The translations under genes were made by a program, and so were the position numbers. Source: Candidatus Heimdallarchaeota archaeon (GTDB taxonomy: Archaea; Asgardarchaeota; Heimdallarchaeia; JABLTI01). Taken from it: DNA of 64,000 nucleotides. Location of the stretch: NCBI GenBank assembly GCA_019056785.1, contig DXJV01000085.1, positions 1 through 64,000 of the forward strand. The letters run 5' to 3'. Below are positions 29,493 through 40,545 of the stretch, piece by piece (position 1 is the stretch's first letter; each line of letters starts with the position of its first letter). The notes below the pieces were generated by a model that was given only the letters and a program-made list of their open reading frames with translations, had not been told where the DNA came from and did not search any database.

Positions 29493-29769
29493 TTTTTCAT
29501 CACTCGAGCCACAATTAACTAGTTTGAGATGAATTCTGCCCTTTTTTTTTAATGGATTATTTTTATTTACTTGAATCTCGATTTTAATTAATTTTGTGTT
29601 TAAACGAGAAGAAAAACAAGGTTGAAAGGGTATTTTCCAATGGAAAAGTGGGAAAAAAGGTATGAAAATTAGGGTTTTGTTAAAGAACAAGCTAAAAAAA
29701 CTAACTAGGGCCTTTTTTAAAGAGAAAAGGAGTCTCAATAATTAGTGAATAATAACTTGTGAAAAACTC

Positions 29770-30339
29770 ATGACCGGTTTATTTAATCGAATTGCTCATC
29801 GTTACGATGGTATTGTTGGTTCTTTCGATTTGGACGAAATTCTGAAGCATCTGCCCTTAAATGAGAAAACATTATTTTTAGACCTGGGTGGAGGAACAGG
29901 TAGGGTAAGCTATCACCTTTTGTCCCTTGTTAATGAATGTATGATCGCTGACTTGTCTTTTGAAATGCTTGAACAAGCCAAGAAAAAAACAACCGAGTTC
30001 ATGTTGCTTCAAGCGAATGCAGACAATCTCCCAATAAAGTCAAATTCAATTGAAACAATTTTTCTAAATGACTCATTACATCACATTCGAAATCAAAAAG
30101 AAACGATCGCAGAATGTTATCGAATCTTGGAAAAAGGGGGAGCACTATATATACGAGAATTCAATCGCAAGTATTTCTGGAATATCTTCTTAATTCTAGG
30201 AGAAGCATTGCTCTGTTTCAAGAGTAAGTTCTATTCGCCCAAAGAACTACAAAAGGCTTGCGAGGATGTGGGGTTCGAAGTGAGTATAATCACTTGCCGA
30301 AAAGGAACTTTCCTTATGAAAGCAAGCAAAATTCATTAG
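29770..30339 (+). CDS. Class I SAM-dependent methyltransferase (UbiE-like)
   Basis: FNRIAHRYD, LDLGGGTG, DLSFEML, LHHI, RILEKGG. Confidence 0.8.
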   Translation: MTGLFNRIAHRYDGIVGSFDLDEILKHLPLNEKTLFLDLGGGTGRVSYHLLSLVNECMIADLSFEMLEQAKKKTTEFMLLQANADNLPIKSNSIETIFLNDSLHHIRNQKETIAECYRILEKGGALYIREFNRKYFWNIFLILGEALLCFKSKFYSPKELQKACEDVGFEVSIITCRKGTFLMKASKIH

Positions 30340-30361
30340 CAAGAGAAACGATGTATTAAGA

Positions 30362-32194
30362 ATGGAACAAAATAGCCAGTTTATTATTAGCAACAGCCTT
30401 TTATGGGCTTATCACCAAGAAAAAATGGTTCATTTGTTTTCGCAAGGGAACTGGCTTCTCTCTTATACGCTACCAGAAGAGTATCAGTTAACCAAAGCAG
30501 AAAAGATAAAAGATGAAGGTAACCAAGCAGTTATCTATTATCCGAACGACGAAAAAAGGCTTCTTATCCTTGAAAAGAGTGCATTAATCGAACAGAAAGC
30601 CCAAAATGTTCACTATACTCTTCAGCCTATGTTTAGTAATAGCTTGATCTTTAGGGGCGATAGCCCAGCTCTTGAACCTCTCGCGCCAATAAAACAACTC
30701 TCAAAAAATTGCTACACGCGAGAGGGGTTCCCTGTAGTAGAATTAAATCAAACACCAACGAAAATTGTTATCATAACCAAACTTGCAAACAGCAAAAGAG
30801 GGTTTGTTCCACTGGCATATAAAGAGTGGCAAGAACAACAACCTAAAGTGAAAAGCAAGAATGCATTTTTTAATGCCCTCTATCAAAAAACATTGAAATC
30901 ACTCTATAAGCTCCGACTAAAAACAATAGATGGAGAAATAAAAGTAGCAGGACTGCCAGATTTTCCATCGTTATTTGGTAGGGATTTCTCGTTAAGTGCT
31001 CTGGCAGAAATTTATCTTTGGCCAGAAAAAGTGAAAGAAGAGCTTTTAATTCATCTAAAACATGTTGGTGAAAAAACTGATATTATCCGGAACGAGCAAA
31101 AGGGCAGAGCTATTCATGAATACAATTATGATGCCATAACAATGGCAGGGGCCTATCAACAGTTCCCAAGCTATTATGCAAATGATAGCAACGCCCTTCT
31201 TCTAATTACTATCTTTCGCTTGGCAAAAATCCAAAGAGATTTCACTATAGTAGAAAAATACCCAGCTATTATTACTGAACTCTTTCAACACATGCTAAGC
31301 CTTGATGTAGATGGCGACGGCTTTATCGAATATCAGCAGCAAGCAGGACAGCTACTTAAACACCAAACATGGCGGGATGGCGGAGACGAAATTCGCTCGC
31401 TGGAAGATAGAGCTGTACTTCAACCAATCGCCCCTCTTCATGATCAACTTTGTATGCTGGGAGCAATAAAAGAAATTATCGCTTATCAAGAACAGTTCAA
31501 AAATGCGATTCTTGGTTGGAAAACAAAAGAACTACGCAGGCAATTTCAAAAGCTGAAAAAGGCTTTGAATGAGTCTTTTTGGATGTCAGAATATGAGGGC
31601 TATGCTTTGGCTTTAGATGGCAATAATGAGCAAGTTAAAGTGGTGAATTCAGATGTTTGTTTAGGGTATTATTTCCAGCTTTTCGATGAGAAAAAAGCTC
31701 ACTTGCAATATCATGCTTTAGTGGATAAAGAACGATTGTTGGCAAAAGAAGGCATTCGCACGGTCTCAAAAGAGCACCTGTTATATTCTCCGCGAAAGTA
31801 TCAACGAGGTGGTGTCTGGCCCTGGCAATTAGCGGTCCTTATTCCCGGACTGCGAAATTATTCTCTCGATACTGAGCCATTTCTTCGTTGCTTAGATTAT
31901 CTTGCAACAACAGGTAATTCTTTGGCTGAAGTGTATATCCCCGATAGAGATGTTTTAACTCCGTTATCAAATTGCATAGAGCAACGATGGTCTGCAGCAA
32001 TTCCATGGCTTGCTTTACTTGAAGGGTTTTGTGGCTTAAAAGTTGGCTATAATTCTATAGATCTCAAACCAAGGAAAAACGCGAGCAATTATTACCCACT
32101 AAGTATTAGGGGAATTTTCATTTATTCGAAAAAATATGATTTATTATTAGAGACAACAGAATCAGCAAAAATCATACAACGACAAACTCCTTGA
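30362..32194 (+). CDS. Glycogen-debranching / amylo-alpha-1,6-glucosidase-like (alpha/alpha)6 glycoside hydrolase
   Basis: AGLPDFPSLFGRD, DGDGFIEY, QTWRD, LALDG, YQRGGVWPW. Confidence 0.75.
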   Translation: MEQNSQFIISNSLLWAYHQEKMVHLFSQGNWLLSYTLPEEYQLTKAEKIKDEGNQAVIYYPNDEKRLLILEKSALIEQKAQNVHYTLQPMFSNSLIFRGDSPALEPLAPIKQLSKNCYTREGFPVVELNQTPTKIVIITKLANSKRGFVPLAYKEWQEQQPKVKSKNAFFNALYQKTLKSLYKLRLKTIDGEIKVAGLPDFPSLFGRDFSLSALAEIYLWPEKVKEELLIHLKHVGEKTDIIRNEQKGRAIHEYNYDAITMAGAYQQFPSYYANDSNALLLITIFRLAKIQRDFTIVEKYPAIITELFQHMLSLDVDGDGFIEYQQQAGQLLKHQTWRDGGDEIRSLEDRAVLQPIAPLHDQLCMLGAIKEIIAYQEQFKNAILGWKTKELRRQFQKLKKALNESFWMSEYEGYALALDGNNEQVKVVNSDVCLGYYFQLFDEKKAHLQYHALVDKERLLAKEGIRTVSKEHLLYSPRKYQRGGVWPWQLAVLIPGLRNYSLDTEPFLRCLDYLATTGNSLAEVYIPDRDVLTPLSNCIEQRWSAAIPWLALLEGFCGLKVGYNSIDLKPRKNASNYYPLSIRGIFIYSKKYDLLLETTESAKIIQRQTP

Positions 32195-32291
32195 AAGAAT
32201 GAATGAGACCCCTTCCACGCTCAAAAGACTTTAAAATGAAAAATGGTATCTATTAAATATTTCAATTAAAAAGATAAAAGAGAAAATCATT

Positions 32292-33062
32292 ATGGATTAT
32301 TACTTGATAATTCTCTTAGCAGGATTAGTTGGATTATTTGCTGGCTTTCTGAGTGGAATGCTAGGTATTGGCGGGGGGTCAATACGTGTTCCATTGTTAA
32401 ATCTTTTAGGGTTTGATTTGCTTGTCGCTTTTGGGATTAACCTTTTAACAATCCCTTTTTCAGCGCTTTTCGGCGCTAAATCTCATATTGATAACATAGA
32501 TATGAAAACTACTCTTTTTTTGACTCTGGGTGGTTGTGGCGGAACATTGGTGGGTTTGGTTTTAGCATTTCATCTCTCTCTCTCGAAATTACTTTTACCT
32601 GCAATTTTTTTCCTTTCATCAATTTTGACGGTATTAGGGTTGAATCTATACAAAATCTCTCCTAAAATTTCGTCAAAACTGAAACCAACAGCATTTAACA
32701 TTATTTTAGGCGCCATGACCCTCAATTTTATTACAGGCTTGAAAGGTGGAAGTGGTGGTTCACTTTTCCCGCCATTCTTAAAGACATTAGGTTATGACAT
32801 TCACAAAGCAATTGCCATCTCTCTTCTTACAACTTTTTTTACATCAATTACGGGTGTCTTTTACTATTATTTTAAGGGTATTCCCTTTGCGAGTGAAGGT
32901 ATGGTTGTAATTTTGGGTTCAATTATTGGGGTTAAGTTAGGGAGTGTTGTATCAATTAAAACAAAGCCTCGCATGCTAGAAGTAACTCTATCAATAATTG
33001 TAGTTTTGTTAGCTCTAATACCACTGATAAAAGCAATTATCAAAATTTGGAGTATATCTTAG
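32292..33062 (+). CDS. Sulfite exporter TauE/SafE family membrane protein
   Basis: About 8 TM; GFLSGMLGIGGG and TGLKGGSGG repeats; HKAIAISL. Confidence 0.85.
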   Translation: MDYYLIILLAGLVGLFAGFLSGMLGIGGGSIRVPLLNLLGFDLLVAFGINLLTIPFSALFGAKSHIDNIDMKTTLFLTLGGCGGTLVGLVLAFHLSLSKLLLPAIFFLSSILTVLGLNLYKISPKISSKLKPTAFNIILGAMTLNFITGLKGGSGGSLFPPFLKTLGYDIHKAIAISLLTTFFTSITGVFYYYFKGIPFASEGMVVILGSIIGVKLGSVVSIKTKPRMLEVTLSIIVVLLALIPLIKAIIKIWSIS

Positions 33063-33295
33063 TTTTTTCTCAAGGGAAAAAATGACATTTGAAAAGTAAA
33101 TAATAAGACAAATGTAAGGGTGATTTGTAAAAAATCGCCACAAAGATTCTTATAAATTTTCTAATCTAAGAAGTGATGGTTGGCTACCCTTCTCTTTTAA
33201 GCAATACTATTTATTTTTTGGCAATAACTTTCTTGAAAGACCAATTTACGATTTAGTCATATATTAGTCCTTTAAGTTAAGAGTAGAAAGGAAAA

Positions 33296-34585
33296 TTATG
33301 GTTTTACTCTTGCCATTGTTCGAGGGAAGGCAATAGCATCCTTTATTGTATCAAATCCACAGAGCCACATTACTACTCGAGCAATACCCATTCCAAATCC
33401 CGAGTGGGGGACAGAACCATAGCGTCGAGTGTCCAGGTAGAAATCATACTCCTTTGGATCCAATCCTTCCTGTTCAAGGCTTTCGAGGATTTTATCCATA
33501 TCAGACTCACGCTCTGAACCATCGATGATTTCACCAACTTCTGGAGCAAGCATATTGGCATTAAGGCATACTTTTGGATTTTTCGGGTCAACTTTCTTGT
33601 AAAAGGCCATGATCTCTCGAGGATAACGGGTAACAATAACCGGTTTATCAAAAAAGGTACCAATCAGTCGTTCTTCATGAGCCCCAAGATCCTTACCATA
33701 TTGGAATTCAATGTCTTTTTGCTTTAACAAATCAATGGCTTCATCATAAGTGATGCGTGGAAAGGGTGGGGTAATTTTCAACAATGCTTGAGGATCCCTG
33801 CCTAAAACCTTAAGCTCGTAATCATTCTTTTTAGCAACATTCTTGCAAATGGCTGCGATGACGTTTTCCATCAATTTCAAGAGCCCCTCAAACTCCAGCC
33901 AGGTAGCCTCAACCTCATAATGCCAATACTCTGTAACATGCCTGGCAGTTTTCGACTTTTCAGCACGAAATGAGGGAGCAATAGTATAGGCCTTTTCTAC
34001 AGCATAAATAAAGTTCTCAGCATAGAGCTGCCAGCTCTGGCTTAAGAACACTTCTTTATCGAAATATTTCACTTTGAAAAGTGTGGACCCTCCTTCAGAG
34101 CCAGCCGTGGTGAACATTGGTGGTTGAACTTCTGTATATCCTTCCTTACGCATGTAATTATGAATGGCTTCAAAAACAGACGAACGAATCTTCAACATCG
34201 CTGTAAGTCTTTGGGAACGAAGTGCAAGATGACGAACGTCGAGTAAGAACTCCTGGCTTTGATCCTTGGTAATTGGAAAGTTTTCAGACTTGCCAACAAC
34301 AACGATTTTTTCCGCGCGAATTTCATATCCGCCCGGTGCACGGGTGTCTGCCACAAGTTTGCCTGTGATAATAAGGGCAGCCTCATAACCAATGCTATCA
34401 GCAATATTATACATTTCCTCATTTGCCTCGCGATTTACAGAAACCTGGATCCTCCCAGTAGAGTCCCGGATAGTGAGAAAAGCAACCTTTTTGCTGCTTC
34501 TCTTCCTGGCTACCCAACCACGTAAACTGACAGTTTTATCAACTCGTTTGCCAGAAAGCAATTCGCGAATCTGAGGAAATTTCAT
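33296..34585 (-). CDS. asnS: Asparagine--tRNA ligase
   Basis: OB-fold GWV..KR, LSQSWQLY, PSFRAEKSKTARHVTEYW, EIIDGSERE, RRYGSVPHSGFGMG. Confidence 0.92.
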   Translation of the reverse strand: MKFPQIRELLSGKRVDKTVSLRGWVARKRSSKKVAFLTIRDSTGRIQVSVNREANEEMYNIADSIGYEAALIITGKLVADTRAPGGYEIRAEKIVVVGKSENFPITKDQSQEFLLDVRHLALRSQRLTAMLKIRSSVFEAIHNYMRKEGYTEVQPPMFTTAGSEGGSTLFKVKYFDKEVFLSQSWQLYAENFIYAVEKAYTIAPSFRAEKSKTARHVTEYWHYEVEATWLEFEGLLKLMENVIAAICKNVAKKNDYELKVLGRDPQALLKITPPFPRITYDEAIDLLKQKDIEFQYGKDLGAHEERLIGTFFDKPVIVTRYPREIMAFYKKVDPKNPKVCLNANMLAPEVGEIIDGSERESDMDKILESLEQEGLDPKEYDFYLDTRRYGSVPHSGFGMGIARVVMWLCGFDTIKDAIAFPRTMARVKP

Positions 34586-34723
34586 ATTAAATCACCAGAT
34601 AGATAATGTCTTATCAGCAGAATAATTATTATTAAAACTTTATTCCTCCAATGAATTAGCCGTTTAAAGGTAGCGGCTACTTTGCTATAAAAATAATTTG
34701 TCATCAGCCTAGTACGCGTGTGC

Positions 34724-35035
34724 CTATTTTCTATTCTTTTCAAGTCGCTTCAAACAAAAATCGCGCAGGACAGCCATCTCACCAAAAATGGCTAATTCTT
34801 CGATTGTCGGTGGTGTACCATTATTCTTCTTTTGTATTAATTCTTGAGCAATTCGTGAGAGTTCTTGATATCTTGCAACAAAAGTCTTCGTATAGCCTTT
34901 TTCATCTGTTTTCACAATGGCCTTAAAATCTTGTTCGATCTGTTCATACGCTTTAGAGAGCTCTTGAAATGAATTTGCATGCGTAATTTCGAGGGTGGAC
35001 TTGCTAATTGCCGGAGGGTTTGTTTCAGCTGTCAT
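34724..35035 (-). CDS. Hypothetical protein
   Basis: 103-aa helical ORF with an ATG start. Confidence 0.45.
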   Translation of the reverse strand: MTAETNPPAISKSTLEITHANSFQELSKAYEQIEQDFKAIVKTDEKGYTKTFVARYQELSRIAQELIQKKNNGTPPTIEELAIFGEMAVLRDFCLKRLEKNRK

Positions 35036-35180
35036 CTTTTCTCACGAGCTTTCTTGCTTACTTTTCTTTTTAAAGTTCTAACTGCTTTTTTATTAGTCTT
35101 TTTTTCTTTTTCCTTTTATATTGGAAACTGCTACATTATTTTACATACATTAACATATAAAAAAGTTCGCAATTCGAATA

Positions 35181-35735
35181 TTAAGGTCTGGAACAGAGGA
35201 CACCGACATCTTCAACTTGAGCGGTCCATTCATCTTCAACGATGAGAGAGGTTTTGGCGAGCTCTTCACGCAACAACTCGAGTGACCATTTCTTGCGAAG
35301 GATGGAAATTGCTAATTTTGCCTTACTTTTGGCTACACGCTCAATTTCGGTCAGCGTTTTAATTGGAAGGGGTAAATTTTGCAAATGGGTTACAGAGACT
35401 ATCTTATCAAATAATTCGGAACGAAAGGGAAGGTGGTCAGAATCAGCAACGATAAAATCGATGTCCGGAAATTTTTCGTGAGCAATTTTAATCATTTCGT
35501 ACGATAGGTCGATACCAATAAGTGGGGCATTTCTAATATCTTCATGCTGTTCTTGTAAAATCCCTAAGAACATGCCTGTGCCGCAACCAACGTCTATAAT
35601 GGCATCGTTGCTTGTAAGCACTAAACGTAAGAATATTTCCCAATATTTCTGCTCTTGAATGCTAGAATATCGTTTGTCATAGATTTTTGCTGAAGCGTTA
35701 TACCGATCAGCAATCTCTTTTTTGTGTTTCGCCAC
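35181..35735 (-). CDS. Class I SAM-dependent methyltransferase
   Basis: YNASAKIYD, IDVGCGTG, GIDLS, LPFRSELFD. Confidence 0.85.
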   Translation of the reverse strand: MAKHKKEIADRYNASAKIYDKRYSSIQEQKYWEIFLRLVLTSNDAIIDVGCGTGMFLGILQEQHEDIRNAPLIGIDLSYEMIKIAHEKFPDIDFIVADSDHLPFRSELFDKIVSVTHLQNLPLPIKTLTEIERVAKSKAKLAISILRKKWSLELLREELAKTSLIVEDEWTAQVEDVGVLCSRP

Positions 35736-35856
35736 TAACTAGAACTGTCCTTTTTAATTACCACTTTAAATTTCAAAGGTTGTTGTCTTTTACCAACCGT
35801 GTTCTTTTTTTTCAACTGGGCTATGCTTTTTAAATTGCACTGTAGCTTTTCGAAAG

Positions 35857-36567
35857 TTATTCTTCTTTTTTCGTTAAGATAATTCGAGCATCTACGACCA
35901 AAAGGTCATTTTCATAGGCGAAAATGGGGTTTAAATCAACCTCTAAAATATCTTGAATATAATCTATGCTCAATTGCGAAACTTTCAATAAAACATCAAC
36001 AATATTTTGCAAATTCACTTTTGGCCCGCCTCGCGCTCCGAGTAGGATAGGCAGTGCTTTTATTTCGTGAATCATTTCCATAGCATCACGTTCGGTTATA
36101 GGTGCAATTCGGAATGCAACGTCTTTCAATACTTCAACAAAAATGCCACCAAAACCAAACATCACTGCCGGACCGAAAGTGGGGTCGCGAGTGACACCTA
36201 TGATCAACTCGTCTGCAGGCTCTGCCATTTTTTCGAGAAGCACGCCTTGAACCTCTGCGTTGGGGTTGTGCTTTTTGATATTCGCAATAATTTTATTGTA
36301 AGCGTTAATTGCTTCCTTTTCCGTTTTGATGTTAAGTTGCACGCCCCCTGCGTCTGTTTTGTGAATAACTTGGGGGGAGACGATTTTCATTGCCAACGGG
36401 AAGCCCACTTTTTTAGCAACACTTTTAACTTCGTCAGCCGACTTGGCAACTGCAAAATCAGTTGTAGGAATACCCAGTTCTTTAATGATCCTTTTTGACT
36501 CCGGCTCTAAAAGGAAAGTTCTATTCTCTCCTCTGGCCTTATCAATAATCTTTTGAATGGTTGTCAC
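35857..36567 (-). CDS. acdB: ADP-forming acetate/acyl-CoA ligase beta subunit (ATP-grasp)
   Basis: LLEPESK, GFPLAMKIVSP..IHKTDAGGV, RDPTFGPAVMFG.GGIFVE, DLNP, VVDARI. Confidence 0.88.
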   Translation of the reverse strand: MTTIQKIIDKARGENRTFLLEPESKRIIKELGIPTTDFAVAKSADEVKSVAKKVGFPLAMKIVSPQVIHKTDAGGVQLNIKTEKEAINAYNKIIANIKKHNPNAEVQGVLLEKMAEPADELIIGVTRDPTFGPAVMFGFGGIFVEVLKDVAFRIAPITERDAMEMIHEIKALPILLGARGGPKVNLQNIVDVLLKVSQLSIDYIQDILEVDLNPIFAYENDLLVVDARIILTKKEE

Positions 36568-36727
36568 GAATGATCAATCCAGTGTATTTGTTTATTACAT
36601 ATTCCGAGACTCCTTTTCTCTTTAAAAAATTTGGTTTGAATTCAAGAGAACCGCTATTAGGTGTTCTTTTTCTCCTTGAACAAAACAATCGGAAAGGTAA
36701 AAAATAGCTTAGAAGTATTACTGTGGT

Positions 36728-38851
36728 TTGATTAGAAAGTTATTGATTAGTTATTGGAGGACAAAACCAATAAAGAAGCAAATTAAAGAGCACCCCATTC
36801 TCCCACCTAAGGAAGGTCGTGTAGTAACATTCACTTTTGATGGAAAAGAGTTACAAGGCATAGAGGGGATGGCGGTCGCATCAGTTCTATTTATGAATGA
36901 TATCAAAGTTTTCGGCGAACATTATGTTGATCATTCACCACAAGGTATCTTTTGTGCCAACGGGCAATGCGCGCAATGCACCCTTATAATCGATGGGAAG
37001 CCATTAAAGTCTTGCATGACGGCCTTAAAAGAGGGGATGCGCATTGAAAGTTTGAAAGGCGTACCAGCACTTCCATCAGAGGATGAACCCGTTCCAGTCT
37101 CTAACATACAAACAAAAGAAGTGGAAGTGTTGATTATTGGTGGCGGTCCTTCAGGTCTGTCAGCAGCAAAAGTCCTTGGAGAGAAGAATATCCCTGTGTT
37201 GTTAGTTGATGATAAGGATAGACTTGGCGGGAAATTGGTTCTACAAACGCACAAGTTTTTTGGTTCGGCTGAAGATGTTTATGCTGGGAGACGGGGAATA
37301 GAAATTGCCAAGATTCTTGCAGAGGACTTGCGACAATTGCCCTCTGTTGAAGTTTGGCTTCAGAGCACCGTTGTAGGTGTTTTTAGTGATAAAATTGTTG
37401 GCGTTTTAAGAGAAAATGAGAATTATGTCCTTATTAAACCAAAATATCTCCTCGTCGCCACCGGTGCAAGAGAAAAAATGCTCACTTTCAAAGGAAATAC
37501 TCTGCCGGGTGTCTATGGTGCGGGTGCTTTTCAGACATTAGTAAATCGGGATCTTGTCAAAGCAGCTGAAAAGATTTTCATTGTCGGTGGTGGTAATGTT
37601 GGATTAATTGCCGGCTATCATGCCATACAGGCGGGAATACAAGTTGTCGGTTTAGTCGAAGCGTTACCTCGTTGTGGCGGTTATAAAGTACATGAGGACA
37701 AATTACGACGCTCAGGAGTGCCCATTTTCACCTCTCATACCATCTTATCAGCAAACGGCACAAATAAGGTGGAGTCAGTGACCATTGCAGCCCTGGATGA
37801 AAACTGGCATCCGATAGCTGGAACGGAAAAAACATTCGAATGTGATACAGTGTTAATTGCTGTGGGGTTGGCTTCTGTAGATGAATTTTACCAAAAAGCA
37901 AAGGATTTTGGAATGGAGGTTTGGGTAGCCGGAGATGCCGACGAAATCGCCGAAGCATCAGCAGCGATTTTCACGGGGAGAATTGCTGGCATTAAAATAC
38001 TCGAGACAATGGGGATTGATACAGGAGAAAATATTGAACAACTCGAGCAGAAGGCTGAAATTATGAAAAGCCGACCCCCGCCACCTAAAACGCCCACGGT
38101 TTTTGATCTTGAGGAAGGGGTCTTTCCTGTTTTCCATTGCACCCAAGAAATCCCTTGCGATCCTTGCACGTCTGTTTGCCCGCGTGACCTAATAAAAATG
38201 TCTGGTGATTCCATTCTCTCATTACCATATTTCACTAACGAAGAGCCATGTATTGGCTGTGGAAGATGTGTGGCTGTTTGTCCTGGTTTAGCCATTACTC
38301 TGGCGGACTATCGGAAAGATCCGGACTTTGTTTATGTCACATTACCTTCTGAATTGGGTGAGAAACGCATAAAGAAAGGTGATATTGTTCATATAATGAG
38401 TAATACAACAGAAATTGGTGACTACAAAGTAGAACGAGTGAGAATACTGAAGGAATTCCCGAAGACCGAGCTGGTAACAGTCAAACTTCCGAAAGAGCAA
38501 GCAAAAGAAGCAACAGGAATTTTGGTGCAAAGGGTGGAAAGCTATTCAGAACCAATGGAGATTTATCATAAAGAAGCTCTGGCAGATGAAGCTATTGTTT
38601 GCCGTTGCGAGCGTGTCACCGCAGGGGAAATTCGTAAGTGGATACGGAGAGGGATTGTTGATATGAATGAATTAAAAGCAATTACTCGTGCGGGGATGGG
38701 AGCATGTGGTGGAAAGACTTGTAACCTTCTTATTCAGCGAATCTTTCGTGAAGAAGGCATCAAAGATGTAGTGCCTGGAACACCTCGACCATTGTTTGTC
38801 GAAGTACCGCTGGGTATTTTCGCCGGGACCAAAAAGGAGGAAGAAAAATGA
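36728..38851 (+). CDS. Fe-S/FAD oxidoreductase, sarcosine oxidase / dye-linked proline dehydrogenase alpha-like (2Fe-2S + FAD/NAD + 4Fe-4S + BFD-like)
   Basis: GIFCANGQCAQC, IIGGGPSG, ATGARE, CDPCTSVCP/CIGCGRCVAVCP, VCRCE...GMGACGGKTC. Confidence 0.85.
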   Translation: MIRKLLISYWRTKPIKKQIKEHPILPPKEGRVVTFTFDGKELQGIEGMAVASVLFMNDIKVFGEHYVDHSPQGIFCANGQCAQCTLIIDGKPLKSCMTALKEGMRIESLKGVPALPSEDEPVPVSNIQTKEVEVLIIGGGPSGLSAAKVLGEKNIPVLLVDDKDRLGGKLVLQTHKFFGSAEDVYAGRRGIEIAKILAEDLRQLPSVEVWLQSTVVGVFSDKIVGVLRENENYVLIKPKYLLVATGAREKMLTFKGNTLPGVYGAGAFQTLVNRDLVKAAEKIFIVGGGNVGLIAGYHAIQAGIQVVGLVEALPRCGGYKVHEDKLRRSGVPIFTSHTILSANGTNKVESVTIAALDENWHPIAGTEKTFECDTVLIAVGLASVDEFYQKAKDFGMEVWVAGDADEIAEASAAIFTGRIAGIKILETMGIDTGENIEQLEQKAEIMKSRPPPPKTPTVFDLEEGVFPVFHCTQEIPCDPCTSVCPRDLIKMSGDSILSLPYFTNEEPCIGCGRCVAVCPGLAITLADYRKDPDFVYVTLPSELGEKRIKKGDIVHIMSNTTEIGDYKVERVRILKEFPKTELVTVKLPKEQAKEATGILVQRVESYSEPMEIYHKEALADEAIVCRCERVTAGEIRKWIRRGIVDMNELKAITRAGMGACGGKTCNLLIQRIFREEGIKDVVPGTPRPLFVEVPLGIFAGTKKEEEK

Positions 38852-40014
38852 CGACTTACGATGTGATTGTCATTGGCGCGGGCAGCGTTGGCGTACCATT
38901 AACGAAAATCCTCGCTGAAACAGGCTTAAAGGTTCTATGCATTGACCAACATCCCTCTCCGGGTCAAGGGGATAATAAACATGCCATAGGTGGCATCAGG
39001 GCTACCCATAGCCAAAAAGGGAAAATCTGGGTTGCTTTACGTTCACTCGAGATCCTACGAACTTGGGAAGAAAAATATGGCGAAGACATCGACTGGATAG
39101 AAGGTGGCTACCTCTTTGTCGCTTATAGAGAGGAAGAGGAACGGCTACTCAAAGAAACTATCAAGTTTCAAAAAAAACAAGGACTGAATATCAATTGGAT
39201 TGATGCCGAAGAGGTAAATGAACTTGTCCCGGGTATAACTTCTGAAGGGTTATTGGGTGGCACATATTCTCCGGAGGATGGGCATGCAAACTCCTTACTA
39301 ATTAATCATGCCTTCTATAGTCAAGCATTGATTAATGGCGCGGAATTCAAATTTAAGGAAGCGGTCACAGATATCATTGTTACACATGGCGAAGTCCAAA
39401 GTGTGAGAACAACAAAGAATAGCTATAACGCCATTTTTGTGATCAATGCTGCAGGAGCACATGCACAATACATCGCAAATATGGCTGGAATACAAGTGCC
39501 AGTAATGAGTGACATGCATGAGGCGGGGATAACAGAACCCGTGAAACGCTTCTTCGATCCATTGGTGGTTGACATTAGACCCCAGCAAAATGAATTGTTT
39601 GGCAATTCGAAGAATTATTATTTCTACCAAAACAAGCTTGGACAGATTATCTTTTGCATTACACCAGACCCACCACAATATGGTTTGAGTACACAAGAAA
39701 CAAGTCAGTTCCTTCCGCAAGTCTCACAACGACTTGTTAACCTTGTTCCTCGATTAAGAAATATCAAAGTCAGACGAACTTGGCGGGGGCGGTATCCAAA
39801 TACACCTGATGGTATGCCCATTGTTGGCCCTGTAAAAGGAGTAGAAGGCTATATCAATGTCGTTGGCCTTGGTGGCCAGGGATTAATGCTTGGCCCAGGT
39901 CTAAGTGAAGTCGTTGCGAGATTCATCAATGATAAAATGACAGAACGTGACCAATTAATTTTCGAAGAATTCTCCCTTTACCGGAACTTTAGCAGTCAAG
40001 AGTTACTTAAGTGA
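38848..40014 (+). CDS. FAD-dependent (DAO-family) oxidoreductase, sarcosine oxidase / proline dehydrogenase beta-like
   Basis: VIVIGAGSVG, GGIR, INAAGA, TPDGMPIVG, G.G.MLGP; 4-nt overlap with the upstream gene. Confidence 0.85.
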   Translation: MTTYDVIVIGAGSVGVPLTKILAETGLKVLCIDQHPSPGQGDNKHAIGGIRATHSQKGKIWVALRSLEILRTWEEKYGEDIDWIEGGYLFVAYREEEERLLKETIKFQKKQGLNINWIDAEEVNELVPGITSEGLLGGTYSPEDGHANSLLINHAFYSQALINGAEFKFKEAVTDIIVTHGEVQSVRTTKNSYNAIFVINAAGAHAQYIANMAGIQVPVMSDMHEAGITEPVKRFFDPLVVDIRPQQNELFGNSKNYYFYQNKLGQIIFCITPDPPQYGLSTQETSQFLPQVSQRLVNLVPRLRNIKVRRTWRGRYPNTPDGMPIVGPVKGVEGYINVVGLGGQGLMLGPGLSEVVARFINDKMTERDQLIFEEFSLYRNFSSQELLK

Positions 40015-40032
40015 GCCATGAAAGATCGGCAG

Positions 40033-40545
40033 CTAAGCATTACTACTGTTCAAAAATTCATGAACAAACGACCGTACTTTCTGGAATTCCACCCAAGAAA
40101 GAGGTTGAGAAGTGAAGCGCGCTTTTTCATAGAGAGCAAACATTTTTTTAGCGTTGGGAAGAGAAAGGGAAGGTGCCCCGGCTAAAAGTCGGAGAAGCTC
40201 GTCGGATGGGACAGTTAATGCTTTCGTAATCGAAAGTTCTTCTCTACAAAATAGTTTGAAGGCATAAAAGAGAACAATTACAGCTTCAGCATATTTTTCT
40301 TCTCGAGCAAATTTTTCAGCTCTGGATAGAACCGTTTCTATTGGCATTTGGTTGTTTAAATTCTCTTCGACTTCTGCCCGAAGATAACGAAGTTTTTTCT
40401 TTCGGAGAGTTTTTACTAACACATATAAAAGGATACTACCACAAGCTACCCCGAAAATGATTCCGAAGATGGTAAAGAGATCCAATGAAAATTTTCTCCT
40501 ACTCGAGTTTTTTATAACAGTTAATATTACTTCCAACTCTTGCAA
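40033..40545 (-). CDS. Membrane protein, DUF4129-like
   Basis: One TM, then AEKFAREEKYAEAV...LYEKARFT pattern. Confidence 0.55.
   Translation of the reverse strand: MQELEVILTVIKNSSRRKFSLDLFTIFGIIFGVACGSILLYVLVKTLRKKKLRYLRAEVEENLNNQMPIETVLSRAEKFAREEKYAEAVIVLFYAFKLFCREELSITKALTVPSDELLRLLAGAPSLSLPNAKKMFALYEKARFTSQPLSWVEFQKVRSFVHEFLNSSNA

Noticed and set aside
29493-29738. N-terminal extension of the E2-like ORF
   Set aside because: Low-complexity Phe/Lys-rich translation of AT-rich intergenic DNA.
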